Shown one piece after another: positions 28,177 through 37,465 of a stretch of DNA of 64,000 nucleotides. The DNA lies in assembly GCA_965232515.1 (NCBI GenBank), contig CBDDPY010000002.1:5984001-6048000 (forward strand). The letters are read 5' to 3'. The position numbers and the translations under genes are program-made. The stretch is from Alphaproteobacteria bacterium. GTDB taxonomy: Bacteria; Pseudomonadota; Alphaproteobacteria; GCA-2731375. Positions within the stretch are counted from its first letter, which is position 1; each line of letters begins with the position of its first letter. The notes below the pieces were generated by a model. The model was not told the DNA's origin. It saw only the letters and a list, made by a program, of their open reading frames with translations, and searched no databases.

Positions 28177-29406
28177 TTAGGTGGCGGGGTTCGGACGGGC
28201 GTCCTTGGCGCCACTATAGACCAAGAGACCGAGGAACAGCATGCTGGCGATGAAGGCGAAGGCGAGGCGGTAGGCGATTTCCGGCGCCGAGCCGTCGGGT
28301 GCCGCGAAGACCTCGATAATGGCGCCGGTGAAGACGGGCAGAATGGCGGCGCCGACGACCTGGGCGATATTGACGGTGGTGACGCCGCGGCCGGCCAGGC
28401 GGTCGGGAAACAGGCTGCGGCCGTGCGCGACAATGACGATGCCGTAGGCGGTGACGTAGCAGAGTGCGATCAACAGGCCGACCGCCAGCCAGAGCGGCGG
28501 TTGCGGGATCAGCGCCAGCAGCGCCAGCACGCTGATGGTCAGCGCCGCGCCGGTCATGACGACGTGCTTGCGGGTGTTGAATACGCGGTCCATGGGTCCG
28601 TAGGTCAGGATCCCGATGACCTGGGCGACCGCCATGGAGAGCAGCACGTTGCCGCGCGCCACCGCGCCGAGCCCATGCACGTCGTGCAGATAGGGGCCGG
28701 CCCAGAGGCCGAGCACGGTCAGCATGCTGGCATAGGCGAAGGTGTGGATCGCCAGCACCCGCAGCAGCCCCGGCGTCTGCCAGACCTCGAGCACGCCGCG
28801 CAGGATGTCGGACAAGGCCTCGTTGGTGCCGGCTACGTCGTCGGCGCCTTCGGGATGATCCCGGACGACCGCGAAGAACAGTAAGCCGACCAGGGCCGTG
28901 ACGCTGGCGGCGGCGAAAAAGCCCCAACGCCAGCCGACCGCCTCGCTGACCGTCGCGAGCGGTGTCGCGGCCATGAAGGCGCCGAGATTGCTCATCGCGA
29001 AAACCCAACTCAGCACCGTAGTGAACCGGTCCGCGAACCAGCGCGAACACAGCACCACCGCGCCCATGAAGCTGCCGGCGCAGCCGAAGCCGATCAGCAA
29101 CCGAGCGAAGGCCAGGGTTTCGGCCGAGAAAGCGACGCCATGCAGCAGGGCGCCAATCACCGCGATAACCGTCAATCCGGTCACCGTCCACCGCGGTCCG
29201 TAGCGGTCGAAGGCCATGCCCACCGGGATCTGTGCGATTCCGAGAGCGAGGAAGAACGCGCCGTTGGCGATGCCGAGCTCGGCCGGCGTCAATCCGAGGT
29301 CACGGATCAGCTCCGGCCCGATCACGCCGTTTGACGTTCTGAAGAACTGACTGACGATGGTGATCGCCGCCAGCATGCCCAGCAAGGACAGACCGCCGCG
29401 AATCAT
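28177..29406 (-). CDS. MFS transporter
   Basis: About 12 TM segments, QIPVGMAFDRYGPR motif. Confidence 0.9.
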   Translation of the reverse strand: MIRGGLSLLGMLAAITIVSQFFRTSNGVIGPELIRDLGLTPAELGIANGAFFLALGIAQIPVGMAFDRYGPRWTVTGLTVIAVIGALLHGVAFSAETLAFARLLIGFGCAGSFMGAVVLCSRWFADRFTTVLSWVFAMSNLGAFMAATPLATVSEAVGWRWGFFAAASVTALVGLLFFAVVRDHPEGADDVAGTNEALSDILRGVLEVWQTPGLLRVLAIHTFAYASMLTVLGLWAGPYLHDVHGLGAVARGNVLLSMAVAQVIGILTYGPMDRVFNTRKHVVMTGAALTISVLALLALIPQPPLWLAVGLLIALCYVTAYGIVIVAHGRSLFPDRLAGRGVTTVNIAQVVGAAILPVFTGAIIEVFAAPDGSAPEIAYRLAFAFIASMLFLGLLVYSGAKDARPNPAT

Positions 29407-29862
29407 TGGCAGTCGCCTTCCTGCCGGACGGCAACCCTGGATTGCCTCGGCACAAGCGCCGGCTTGCGGTCGGAAATCAGGCGCGGAGCGGGCATTGAGG
29501 GAGCACCAAATCGAGACAGGACAAGGAACATTTGCGGCTACGTTGGATCAAACCACACCATAGTCTAGCAATCGAATGCAAATACTTCTCTAAAACACAA
29601 AGATGAATTAATTCAACCCCTGCGTTTATCAAGCGATGCAACGCACATCGTTGGATCCGGCGCGGCCCGGCAACTCCCCTATGTGCAAACCGCGAAGGCG
29701 GGGAAAATGCCAGTGACAAGGGCGTTGCCAACTTGAGGCCGCGGAAGCGGAGGACGACCGGCCGGCCGCCGGGTGGTATAAAATGCCGATTTCCTGCCAT
29801 TGCCCGGCCGGCTGACGGCCATTCCCGCTGGCGTGGCGCAACGCGGTTTTTGGGGGGTGCGG

Positions 29863-30684
29863 ATGCCCGGTGCGGATCAGATTTCGGTGAATACGGCGAC
29901 CTTGCGCGAGCAGTGGACGCTGCGCGAGTGCATCGAGGGCTGTGTGCGCCACGGCGTCGCGGGCATCGCGCCCTGGCGGGACAAGCTGGCGGAATGCGGC
30001 GTTTCGCAGGCGGCAGACCTGATCGCCGACCACGGCCTGACCGTGACGGGCCTGTGCCGCGGCGGCCTGTTTCCGGCCGCCGATGCCGCCGGCCGGCAGG
30101 CGGCGCTGGATGAGAACCGCCAGGCGGTGGACGAGGCCGCGGCGATCGACGCCCGCTGCCTGGTTCTGGTGGCCGGCGGCCTGCCGCCCGGCTCGAAGGA
30201 TATCGCCGGCGCCCGCGGCCAGGTGCGCGACGGCATCGCCGCCCTGCTGGAACATGCCCGCGCCGCCGATGTGCCGCTGGCGATCGAGCCGTTGCATCCG
30301 ATGTATGCGGCCGACCGCGCCTGCATTAACACAATGGCGCAGGCGAATGCGCTCTGCGACGAGCTGGGCGCGGGCCTGGGCATCGCGGTCGACGTCTATC
30401 ACGTCTGGTGGGACCCGGATCTGGCACGGGAGATCGCCCGCGCCGGCGACCGGATCCTCGCCTTCCATGTCTGCGACTGGCTGGTGCCGACGACCGACCT
30501 CCTGCTCGACCGCGGCATGATGGGCGACGGCGTGATCGACATTCCCGCCATTCGGACCATGGTCGAGGCGACGGGATTTCGCGGTCTGGCCGAGGTCGAG
30601 ATCTTCTCCGCCGAGAACTGGTGGCGTCGCGACGCCGACGAGGTGATGCGGACGATCGTCGAGCGCTGCCGGACGGCGGTCTGA
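29863..30684 (+). CDS. Sugar phosphate isomerase/epimerase (xylose-isomerase-like TIM barrel)
   Basis: IEPLHP, DVYH, FHVCDW, RGMMGDGVID and EVEIFS metal-binding motifs. Confidence 0.88.
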   Translation: MPGADQISVNTATLREQWTLRECIEGCVRHGVAGIAPWRDKLAECGVSQAADLIADHGLTVTGLCRGGLFPAADAAGRQAALDENRQAVDEAAAIDARCLVLVAGGLPPGSKDIAGARGQVRDGIAALLEHARAADVPLAIEPLHPMYAADRACINTMAQANALCDELGAGLGIAVDVYHVWWDPDLAREIARAGDRILAFHVCDWLVPTTDLLLDRGMMGDGVIDIPAIRTMVEATGFRGLAEVEIFSAENWWRRDADEVMRTIVERCRTAV

Positions 30685-30779
30685 AGGACACCTTCGCTCA
30701 CGCGACAATCGCGGGATTTTGACGTGCCAATTTGATGTCAGGCTTGGCGTTGGCGAGGCGGCGACACCAAGTCTGGGCC

Positions 30780-31631
30780 ATGTCTCGCTTGCCAAACCCG
30801 CGATTGCTTGTAGCCGGCGTTGCCGCCGTGCTGCTGTCCGCCTGCACCTCCGTCGAATCCGCCTTCGCGCCGGAGCCCGATCTCTGGCAACGCTGGGAGG
30901 CGCACGAACCGTCCTCGCGAGAGGTGGTCGACCATTCGGCCTGGGACCGACTGCTGCAGACCTATCTCAGCCGGGACGAGGACGGCGTAAACCGCTTCGC
31001 CTATGCCGAGATCAGCGCTGCCGACCGGCGGGCACTGGAGACCTACATCGCCGCGCTCAGCGCCTTGCCGATCAGCCGGTATCGGCGGCCCGAGCAGTTC
31101 GCCTATTGGGTCAATCTCTACAACGCGGCGACCGTGCGCGTGGTGCTGGAGCACTATCCCGTCGACACCATCCGGGACATCGACATTTCGCCGGGGATCG
31201 TCGCCGACGGGCCCTGGGGCCGGAAGCTGATTACCGTCGAGGGCGAGGCGCTGAGCCTGGACGACATCGAGCATCGCATCCTGCGGCCGATCTGGCGGGA
31301 TCCGCGCATCCACTACGCGGTGAACTGCGCCGCGGTCGGCTGCCCCAATCTGCAGCCGCGTGCGTTTACGGCCGAGAACGCCGAGTTCCTGCTCGCCGCT
31401 GGCGCCGAGGGCTATGTCAACGATCCGCGCGGCGTGACGGTGCAGGACGGCGGCCTCGTGGTATCCAGCATCTATGCCTGGTTCGAGGAGGATTTCGGCG
31501 GCGATGCGTCGGGCGTGCTGGCGCATCTCCGACTCTTCGCCCGACCCAAGCTGTTACGGCAGTTGGATCGGGGCGGCCGGATCAGGGGCTACGAATACGA
31601 CTGGTCGCTCAACGACCAGGCCGCTCGCTGA
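30780..31631 (+). CDS. DUF547 domain lipoprotein
   Basis: Lipobox LLSAC; AYWVNLYNA, SLDDIEH, RIHYAVNCAAVGCP and YDWSLN motifs. Confidence 0.88.
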   Translation: MSRLPNPRLLVAGVAAVLLSACTSVESAFAPEPDLWQRWEAHEPSSREVVDHSAWDRLLQTYLSRDEDGVNRFAYAEISAADRRALETYIAALSALPISRYRRPEQFAYWVNLYNAATVRVVLEHYPVDTIRDIDISPGIVADGPWGRKLITVEGEALSLDDIEHRILRPIWRDPRIHYAVNCAAVGCPNLQPRAFTAENAEFLLAAGAEGYVNDPRGVTVQDGGLVVSSIYAWFEEDFGGDASGVLAHLRLFARPKLLRQLDRGGRIRGYEYDWSLNDQAAR

Positions 31632-32310
31632 TGCGTCGTGAGTCGTAGAGCTTTGCCAGGCGGGCGGGCGGGACGCCGAGATGGAACAGCGCGTGTATTG
31701 CCAACCAGCCTGAGACGATACGAACCGGCGATCGGCCGGCGAAGCGGCGCGACGAAGTCAGCAGTGGCGGATCGTCGATGCAGCAGGTCCGGCCATACTT
31801 CTCCATGCGCCGATTGAAGTCATAGTCCTCCATCAGAGCGATGGGGCGGATGCCGCCCAGGGCGTCGTAGACGTGGCGGCGGACGAAGACGCCAGAATCG
31901 CCGTAGTAAAAGCCGTGTTGGCGGATCCAGGCGTAGAAGCGATCGAGCCAGCGGCTGAAGCCGTCATCGCCGTCGAACAGCAGCCGGAAGTTGCCGCCGA
32001 CGGTATCGGGCGATGACAACGCTTCGGCGATGGCCGCCAGGCCACGATCGGGAAACCGGCAGTCGGCATGCAGAAACAGCAGCACGTCGCCCCGGGCCGC
32101 CGCCGCGCCGGCGGCGAGTTGCTGACCGCGTCCGGCCGGCGTCGTCAGGCAGCGCGTGCGGTGGTCTGCCGCAACCTCGAGCGTGGCATCCGTGCTGCCG
32201 CCGTCGACGACGACGATGTCCGCCGCTTGGCGCTGGCGTTGCAGGCTTTCGAGCAAGCCCGGCAGGCGCGCGGCCTCGTTCAGGGTCGGGACGATCACCG
32301 ATATCAGCAT
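31609..32310 (-). CDS. Family 2 glycosyltransferase (TIGR04283-like)
   Basis: IVPTLNE, VDGGSTD, LFLHAD, YGDSG, LMED and TSSRRF motifs. Confidence 0.85.
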   Translation of the reverse strand: MLISVIVPTLNEAARLPGLLESLQRQRQAADIVVVDGGSTDATLEVAADHRTRCLTTPAGRGQQLAAGAAAARGDVLLFLHADCRFPDRGLAAIAEALSSPDTVGGNFRLLFDGDDGFSRWLDRFYAWIRQHGFYYGDSGVFVRRHVYDALGGIRPIALMEDYDFNRRMEKYGRTCCIDDPPLLTSSRRFAGRSPVRIVSGWLAIHALFHLGVPPARLAKLYDSRRISERPGR

Positions 32311-32355
32311 GGCAAGACCGGTATTCTAGACCGGATCGTCGCCGGGGCGTCCGCG

Positions 32356-33285
32356 TCAGATCGCGGCCTGTTGCGGTGGCTGTTGTTGCGGCGCCGTCGG
32401 TGTCATCGCCTGCCGTGGCGGCGCAGCCTTCTGTTGAAACAAAGCCAGATTGTGGATCGACTGCGTCAGTTCCTGCTCGTAGCGGTGGCGCTCTTCGAAG
32501 CTGGGCGGTCGACCGCCGAAACGGCCATCGCCATACCAGCCGTAGAGTTTGCCGCCGCGGCCCATTTCCCGGGCGGCCCGGGTGGAGTCGATGAGCGCGG
32601 CTGGCAGATCGACCGGCGGCGCGGCGGAACTGGCCGGTTGCTCATCTGTCGCCGGGGCCTCCGGGGGCCCGGCCGTGGCGTCGGCCGCGGCATCGGTGGT
32701 TCCCGTCAGCAGCGGTGCGGCCCAAGGGTCGCTGCGGCGGAGCCGGCGGCGGCAGGTAATGTCGATGCGTCGGGACCAGAGCATGTAGGGCAGCCAGAGT
32801 ACGTTGACCGCGGCGACATTGACCTGACCCAGCAACTCGAGCGGCGTCGCGACTTGCGCGACATAGCCCAGATAGGCCAGCACGCCGGCATAGGGCAACA
32901 CCACGAAGACGGTGAAGCAGCCAAACAGCAGCGGCAGGTAGGGCGACGTCAGGAACAACAGGGCCGAGAGAAGCAGGCAGGAACCGATAATGACGAAGTC
33001 GGCCGCCGGTAGACCCTGCAGCGGCGCCGGTACGTTCGTGAAATCCCGCAAACCGATCTGTAGCACCGGTCCGGCCCCGAATTCGGTGACGCCGACGTTC
33101 AGCAGGCTGAGCAGCGGTGCGAGCGCGAGGCTGACCACCGCAATTCCCGTCCAGCCCGACATCCCGAACAATGGATGCCGCCGGGCCGTGGCGCGGTCGA
33201 CCGGCACGACGTCGTCGCCGGCGCCGTCGGCGTCGGTCGTCTGGTCCGTCGCGGGATCGGAGGCCGCTGGGGTCGGTCGCTTCAT
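32356..33285 (-). CDS. Hypothetical membrane protein (DUF2569-like)
   Basis: HPLFGMSGW start of the TM block and WLPYMLWSRRIDIT end, then a low-complexity tail. Confidence 0.55.
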   Translation of the reverse strand: MKRPTPAASDPATDQTTDADGAGDDVVPVDRATARRHPLFGMSGWTGIAVVSLALAPLLSLLNVGVTEFGAGPVLQIGLRDFTNVPAPLQGLPAADFVIIGSCLLLSALLFLTSPYLPLLFGCFTVFVVLPYAGVLAYLGYVAQVATPLELLGQVNVAAVNVLWLPYMLWSRRIDITCRRRLRRSDPWAAPLLTGTTDAAADATAGPPEAPATDEQPASSAAPPVDLPAALIDSTRAAREMGRGGKLYGWYGDGRFGGRPPSFEERHRYEQELTQSIHNLALFQQKAAPPRQAMTPTAPQQQPPQQAAI

Positions 33286-33491
33286 ACAGGCTTAACCGTA
33301 TCTCAAAGCTTTTCGCCAACGCTCGCCGGCGTCGTCTGCTGACGTCACCGATACCGCATCGTGGTGAACCAAGCGTTACCAAGCACGCGGCGTCGGCTCG
33401 CGGCGGAAAGATTTGATCGGTCGGCGACGACGCCGACGAGCGTGCCGCCGGCTGTCTGGCCTGTGTTTCGAGATTTCCGGGAGCTGCCCGT

Positions 33492-34343
33492 ATGAGCCTT
33501 GCGAGTGAAAGCGTCGGTCACGACGAGGTGCGCACCTTCTATGCCGCAGCGCCCGCCGATCACCGCTGCACGATCGACGCGGCCGTCGACGCGATCCGCG
33601 CCCAGGACGCGGTCGCCGCGTTCCCGGTGCTGCCGCGGCTGCTGACGCCGGAGACTCGCGTGTTGGACGTCGGCTGCGGCGATGGTTTCTTCAGCAACAG
33701 CATCGCCTTGAATTACGGCGCCCCGGTCACCGGGATCGACTTCGAGCCGTCGGCCCTGAAGCGCGCGCGCCAGGTGGCGCAGGCGCTGGAGGTCGAGGTC
33801 GATTACCTGCAGGCGGATTTGTTCGACCATGTCGTCGATACCCCCTTCGACGTGACGATCTCGCTTGGCGTGCTGCATCACACGGGCGACTGCCATGCCG
33901 GCATCCGGCGCCTTTGCCGAGACTTCGTTCGGCCGGGCGGGCACGTGATGATCGGTCTTTATCATTCGCACGGCCGGCAGCCGTTTCTCGACCATTTCCG
34001 CCGGCTTCGGGACGACGGCGCCAGCGAAAGCCAGTTGTTCGAGCGCTTCCGGCAACTGCACAGCCAGCCCGTCGACGAGGCGACCCTGCGCTTCCGCTTT
34101 CGCGAGCAAGTCATGCATCCCTGCGAGACGCATCATACGCTGGCCGAGATCGTGCCGGTGCTCGAAGCGGCCGGCGTGACGCTGACCGCGACGTCGATCA
34201 ACTGGTTCGAGCCGTTCTTCAGCGTCAAGGATCTGTACGCCCTGGAGCCGACCTACAGCCGCATCGCCGAGCAGCGCCTGGCCGCCAACCGCTACTTCCC
34301 CGGCTTCTTCGCGGTGCTGGGGCGGCGCCGGACGGATGGTTAA
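33492..34343 (+). CDS. Class I SAM-dependent methyltransferase
   Basis: VLDVGCGDG, GVLHHT, RPGG and EQVMHPCE motifs. Confidence 0.88.
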   Translation: MSLASESVGHDEVRTFYAAAPADHRCTIDAAVDAIRAQDAVAAFPVLPRLLTPETRVLDVGCGDGFFSNSIALNYGAPVTGIDFEPSALKRARQVAQALEVEVDYLQADLFDHVVDTPFDVTISLGVLHHTGDCHAGIRRLCRDFVRPGGHVMIGLYHSHGRQPFLDHFRRLRDDGASESQLFERFRQLHSQPVDEATLRFRFREQVMHPCETHHTLAEIVPVLEAAGVTLTATSINWFEPFFSVKDLYALEPTYSRIAEQRLAANRYFPGFFAVLGRRRTDG

Positions 34344-34409
34344 CCCGCCGTCAACCTAACGGTGCCACCATCGCACGGCGTGTATTGCAAGTTGGTGCAA
34401 AGGTTCGGC

Positions 34410-34550
34410 ATGGATATCTTGAAGCTGCTGCTGCGGGATTGGCAACGCCAGATCCGGACGGTGTTCGGCCGCCGCCAGCGCCGGTCCGGCGATGACGACT
34501 ACCGGCTGATCCAGGGACGCCCGCCGGAGAACATCTACCCGATGTGGTGA
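34410..34550 (+). CDS. Putative 46-aa small protein ending PPENIYPMW
   Basis: ATG 34410 preceded by AAAGG; GC-rich third codon positions; hairpin after the stop. Confidence 0.6.
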   Translation: MDILKLLLRDWQRQIRTVFGRRQRRSGDDDYRLIQGRPPENIYPMW

Positions 34551-34646
34551 GCGCGCCGCCCACGTCGATGCGGGCGGTGGATCAATTTGAGGATGTGCTA
34601 ATCTCTCCCGTGCCGGCCGGCATGGCCGGGGGCGGGAGCACATCGA

Positions 34647-35570
34647 TTGACGGAATTCCAAGAAATCACCTCGGACCTGCGGTTTCCGGAAGGGCCGATC
34701 GCCATGGCGGACGGGTCCGTCCTGCTGGTCGAGATCGCCCGCGGCACGCTGAGCCGGGTGACGCCCGACGGCGCCGTCACGGTCGTCGCCGAGACCGGCG
34801 GCGGGCCCAACGGCGCGGCCATCGGACCCGACGGCGCCTGCTATATCTGCAATAACGGCGGCTTCGAATGGCGCGAACGGCACGGCATGCTGCACCCCGT
34901 GCGGCAGGCCGAGGACTATAGCGGCGGCCGGATCGAACGGGTCGATCTGGAGACGGGCGAGGTGACGGTGCTCTATACCGGCACCGAGCACGGCCCCTTG
35001 AGCGGCCCGAACGACATCGTCTTCGACGGCGACGGCGGCTTCTGGTTCACCGACATCGGCAAGCGCCGCGACCGGGACCAGGACCTGGGCGGGATCTATT
35101 ACGGCCGCGCCGACGGCAGCCTGGTCAAACAGGCGATCTATCCAATGGTGACGCCGAACGGCATCGCGCTGTCGCCCGACGATTCCCGGCTCTACGTGGC
35201 CGAGACCATCACCGGTCGCCTTTGGGCCTTCGATATCGCGGGGCCCGGTGAGATCGCGCGGCGGCCCTGGCCGGCGCCGAACGGCGCGGAACTGGTCTGC
35301 GGGCTGCCGGGCTATCAGCTGTTCGACTCGATGGCGGTCGACGCCGATGGCAATGTCTGCGTGGCGACGCTCTGGAACGGCGGTATCACCGTCGCCGCGC
35401 CGGACGGCAGCGCGGTCGAGCACGTGGCCCTGCCCGACGCCTATACCACCAACATCTGCTTCGGCGGACCGGACCTGAGGACGGCTTATGTGACGCTGTC
35501 CGGCAGCGGGCGTTTGGTCAGCATGCCCTGGCCGCGGCCGGGTCTCGCCCTGCACTATCTGAACAAGTGA
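34647..35570 (+). CDS. SMP-30/gluconolactonase family protein
   Basis: [23 protein letters not shown] and TNICFGG motifs; TTG start with GGGAG RBS. Confidence 0.9.
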   Translation: MTEFQEITSDLRFPEGPIAMADGSVLLVEIARGTLSRVTPDGAVTVVAETGGGPNGAAIGPDGACYICNNGGFEWRERHGMLHPVRQAEDYSGGRIERVDLETGEVTVLYTGTEHGPLSGPNDIVFDGDGGFWFTDIGKRRDRDQDLGGIYYGRADGSLVKQAIYPMVTPNGIALSPDDSRLYVAETITGRLWAFDIAGPGEIARRPWPAPNGAELVCGLPGYQLFDSMAVDADGNVCVATLWNGGITVAAPDGSAVEHVALPDAYTTNICFGGPDLRTAYVTLSGSGRLVSMPWPRPGLALHYLNK

Positions 35571-36613
35571 GCAAGCGTATGGCGCCTCCAGATCTGCCCG
35601 ACCGGTTCGACGACGTCGAAACGCTGGAAGAGTTCATGACCCGGCCGAGCCCGGCGCTGGTCGAGGATCTGGCCGCGGTCGACGGCGACCTCATAGTGTT
35701 GGGCGCCGGCGGTAAGATGGGGCCGACGCTGGCACGGCTCGCCAAGCGTGCGTCGCCCGACCGGCGCGTCATCGGCGTCGCCCGGTTCAGCGAGGCAGGC
35801 CTGCGCGAGCAGCTCGAGAGCCATGGGATCGAGACGATCCAATGCGACCTTTTGGACCGCGCCGCAGTCGCCGACCTGCCGAAGGCGGGGAACGTCGTGT
35901 TCATGGCGGGCCGCAAGTTCGGTTCGACCGGCAACGAGCCGCTGACCTGGGCGATGAATGCGCTGGTCCCAGCGATCGTCGCCGAGACCTTCGCCGCCTC
36001 GCGCATCGTCGCCTTCTCGACGGGCTGCGTGTATCCGTTCGTGCCGGTGCTGGGGGGCGGCGCGACCGAGGCGACGCCGCCGACGGCGCCGCCCGGCGAG
36101 TACGCCAATTCCTGCGTCGGCCGTGAGCGCATGTTCCAGCACTTCTCGCAAACGCATGGCACGCCGGGGCGGATTATCCGGCTGAACTACGCCATCGACC
36201 TGCGCTACGGCGTGCTGCACGACGTCGCCACCAAGGTCTTCGCCGGCGAGACCATCGACCTGACCATGGGACATGTGAACGTGATCTGGCAGGGCGACGC
36301 CAACAGCCAGGCGTTGCGCGCCTTCCGGCACTGCACGACGCCGCCGGCGCCGTTGAATGTCAGCGGCCCGGAGACCGCGGCCGTGCGCACGCTCGCCGAG
36401 GAATTCGGCGCCCGGTTCGGCCGCGCGCCCGTCTTTACCGGCTCGGCGGCCGAGGCGGTCTGGCTGGTCAATACCGAGCTGGCCGCCAGTCTGTTCGGTT
36501 ATCCCTCTGTCTCGCTGGCGCGCATGATCGACTGGGTCGCCGACTGGGTCGCGCACGACCGCGAGAGCCTGGGCAAGCCGACCCATTACGAAGTCCGCGA
36601 TGGCACCTATTGA
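35567..36613 (+). CDS. NAD-dependent epimerase/dehydratase family protein
   Basis: [25 protein letters not shown] and RLNYA motifs; atypical, lacks the Lys of YxxxK. Confidence 0.85.
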   Translation: MSKRMAPPDLPDRFDDVETLEEFMTRPSPALVEDLAAVDGDLIVLGAGGKMGPTLARLAKRASPDRRVIGVARFSEAGLREQLESHGIETIQCDLLDRAAVADLPKAGNVVFMAGRKFGSTGNEPLTWAMNALVPAIVAETFAASRIVAFSTGCVYPFVPVLGGGATEATPPTAPPGEYANSCVGRERMFQHFSQTHGTPGRIIRLNYAIDLRYGVLHDVATKVFAGETIDLTMGHVNVIWQGDANSQALRAFRHCTTPPAPLNVSGPETAAVRTLAEEFGARFGRAPVFTGSAAEAVWLVNTELAASLFGYPSVSLARMIDWVADWVAHDRESLGKPTHYEVRDGTY

Positions 36614-37457
36614 ACCGGCGGCGTTCCGCGCGCTGACCGACGCCGATTTGACCGGCGCCCTCGCGCTGTCGACCGAGGCCGGCTGGAACCAGACCGCCGA
36701 CGACTGGCGGTTGATGCTGGGGTTCGGCCGGGGCATCGGCGTCGCGGCGCCGGACGGCCGTCTGGTGGCGACGGCGCTGACGTTGCCGTTCGGCGGCCGT
36801 TTCGCCTGGATCGCCATGGTCCTGGTGACGGCGGACTGGCGCCGCCGGGGCCTCGCCACCGAACTGCTGCGGCGCTGCATGGCCCAGGCCGAGGCCGTCG
36901 GCTTGATCGCCGGCCTCGACGCCACCGAGGCCGGCCGTGAGGTCTACCGGCCGCTCGGCTTCAACGACATCTACAGCCTCAGCCGCTGGCGGGCCGAACG
37001 ACCGGTTGCGACGACACCGTCCGACGCCGACATCCGGCCGATGACGCCAGCCGACCTCGACGCCGTCGCGGCGCTGGACCGCGCCGGCTTCGGCGCCGAC
37101 CGGCGGCATCTGCTGGCGGCGTTCCTGGAGCGCGCGAACGGTCGCGCGTTCGTGGCTTTGCGTGAGGACGGCATCAGCGGTTACGTCCTGACCCGCGATG
37201 GCCGGGCCGCCAGCTATATCGGTCCGTTGACGGCCGAAGATGGCGTCGGCGCCGTGTCGTTGCTCGAGCATGCCCTGGCCGCTGCGAGCCGACCTATGAT
37301 GATCGACCTCGCCGACCATCACGACGAATTGCGCAAAAGGCTGGAGTCCGCCGGCTTCACCCGCGAGCGCGGTTACACCCGCATGCTTCTTGGCCGCACC
37401 GGCCCGCTCGACGACCCTACACGCATCTTCGCAATCGCCGGCCCGGAGTTCGGCTAA
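36600..37457 (+). CDS. Two-domain GNAT acetyltransferase (YitH-like)
   Basis: [24 protein letters not shown] and C-terminal IGPL motifs. Confidence 0.85.
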   Translation: MAPIEPAAFRALTDADLTGALALSTEAGWNQTADDWRLMLGFGRGIGVAAPDGRLVATALTLPFGGRFAWIAMVLVTADWRRRGLATELLRRCMAQAEAVGLIAGLDATEAGREVYRPLGFNDIYSLSRWRAERPVATTPSDADIRPMTPADLDAVAALDRAGFGADRRHLLAAFLERANGRAFVALREDGISGYVLTRDGRAASYIGPLTAEDGVGAVSLLEHALAAASRPMMIDLADHHDELRKRLESAGFTRERGYTRMLLGRTGPLDDPTRIFAIAGPEFG

Positions 37458-37465
37458 TTTCCGGT

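Noticed and set aside
33492-34343. The methyltransferase as arsenite methyltransferase ArsM, given the nearby TIGR04283-like gene
   Set aside because: It lacks the ArsM-type GCG.P and SNCVIN motifs
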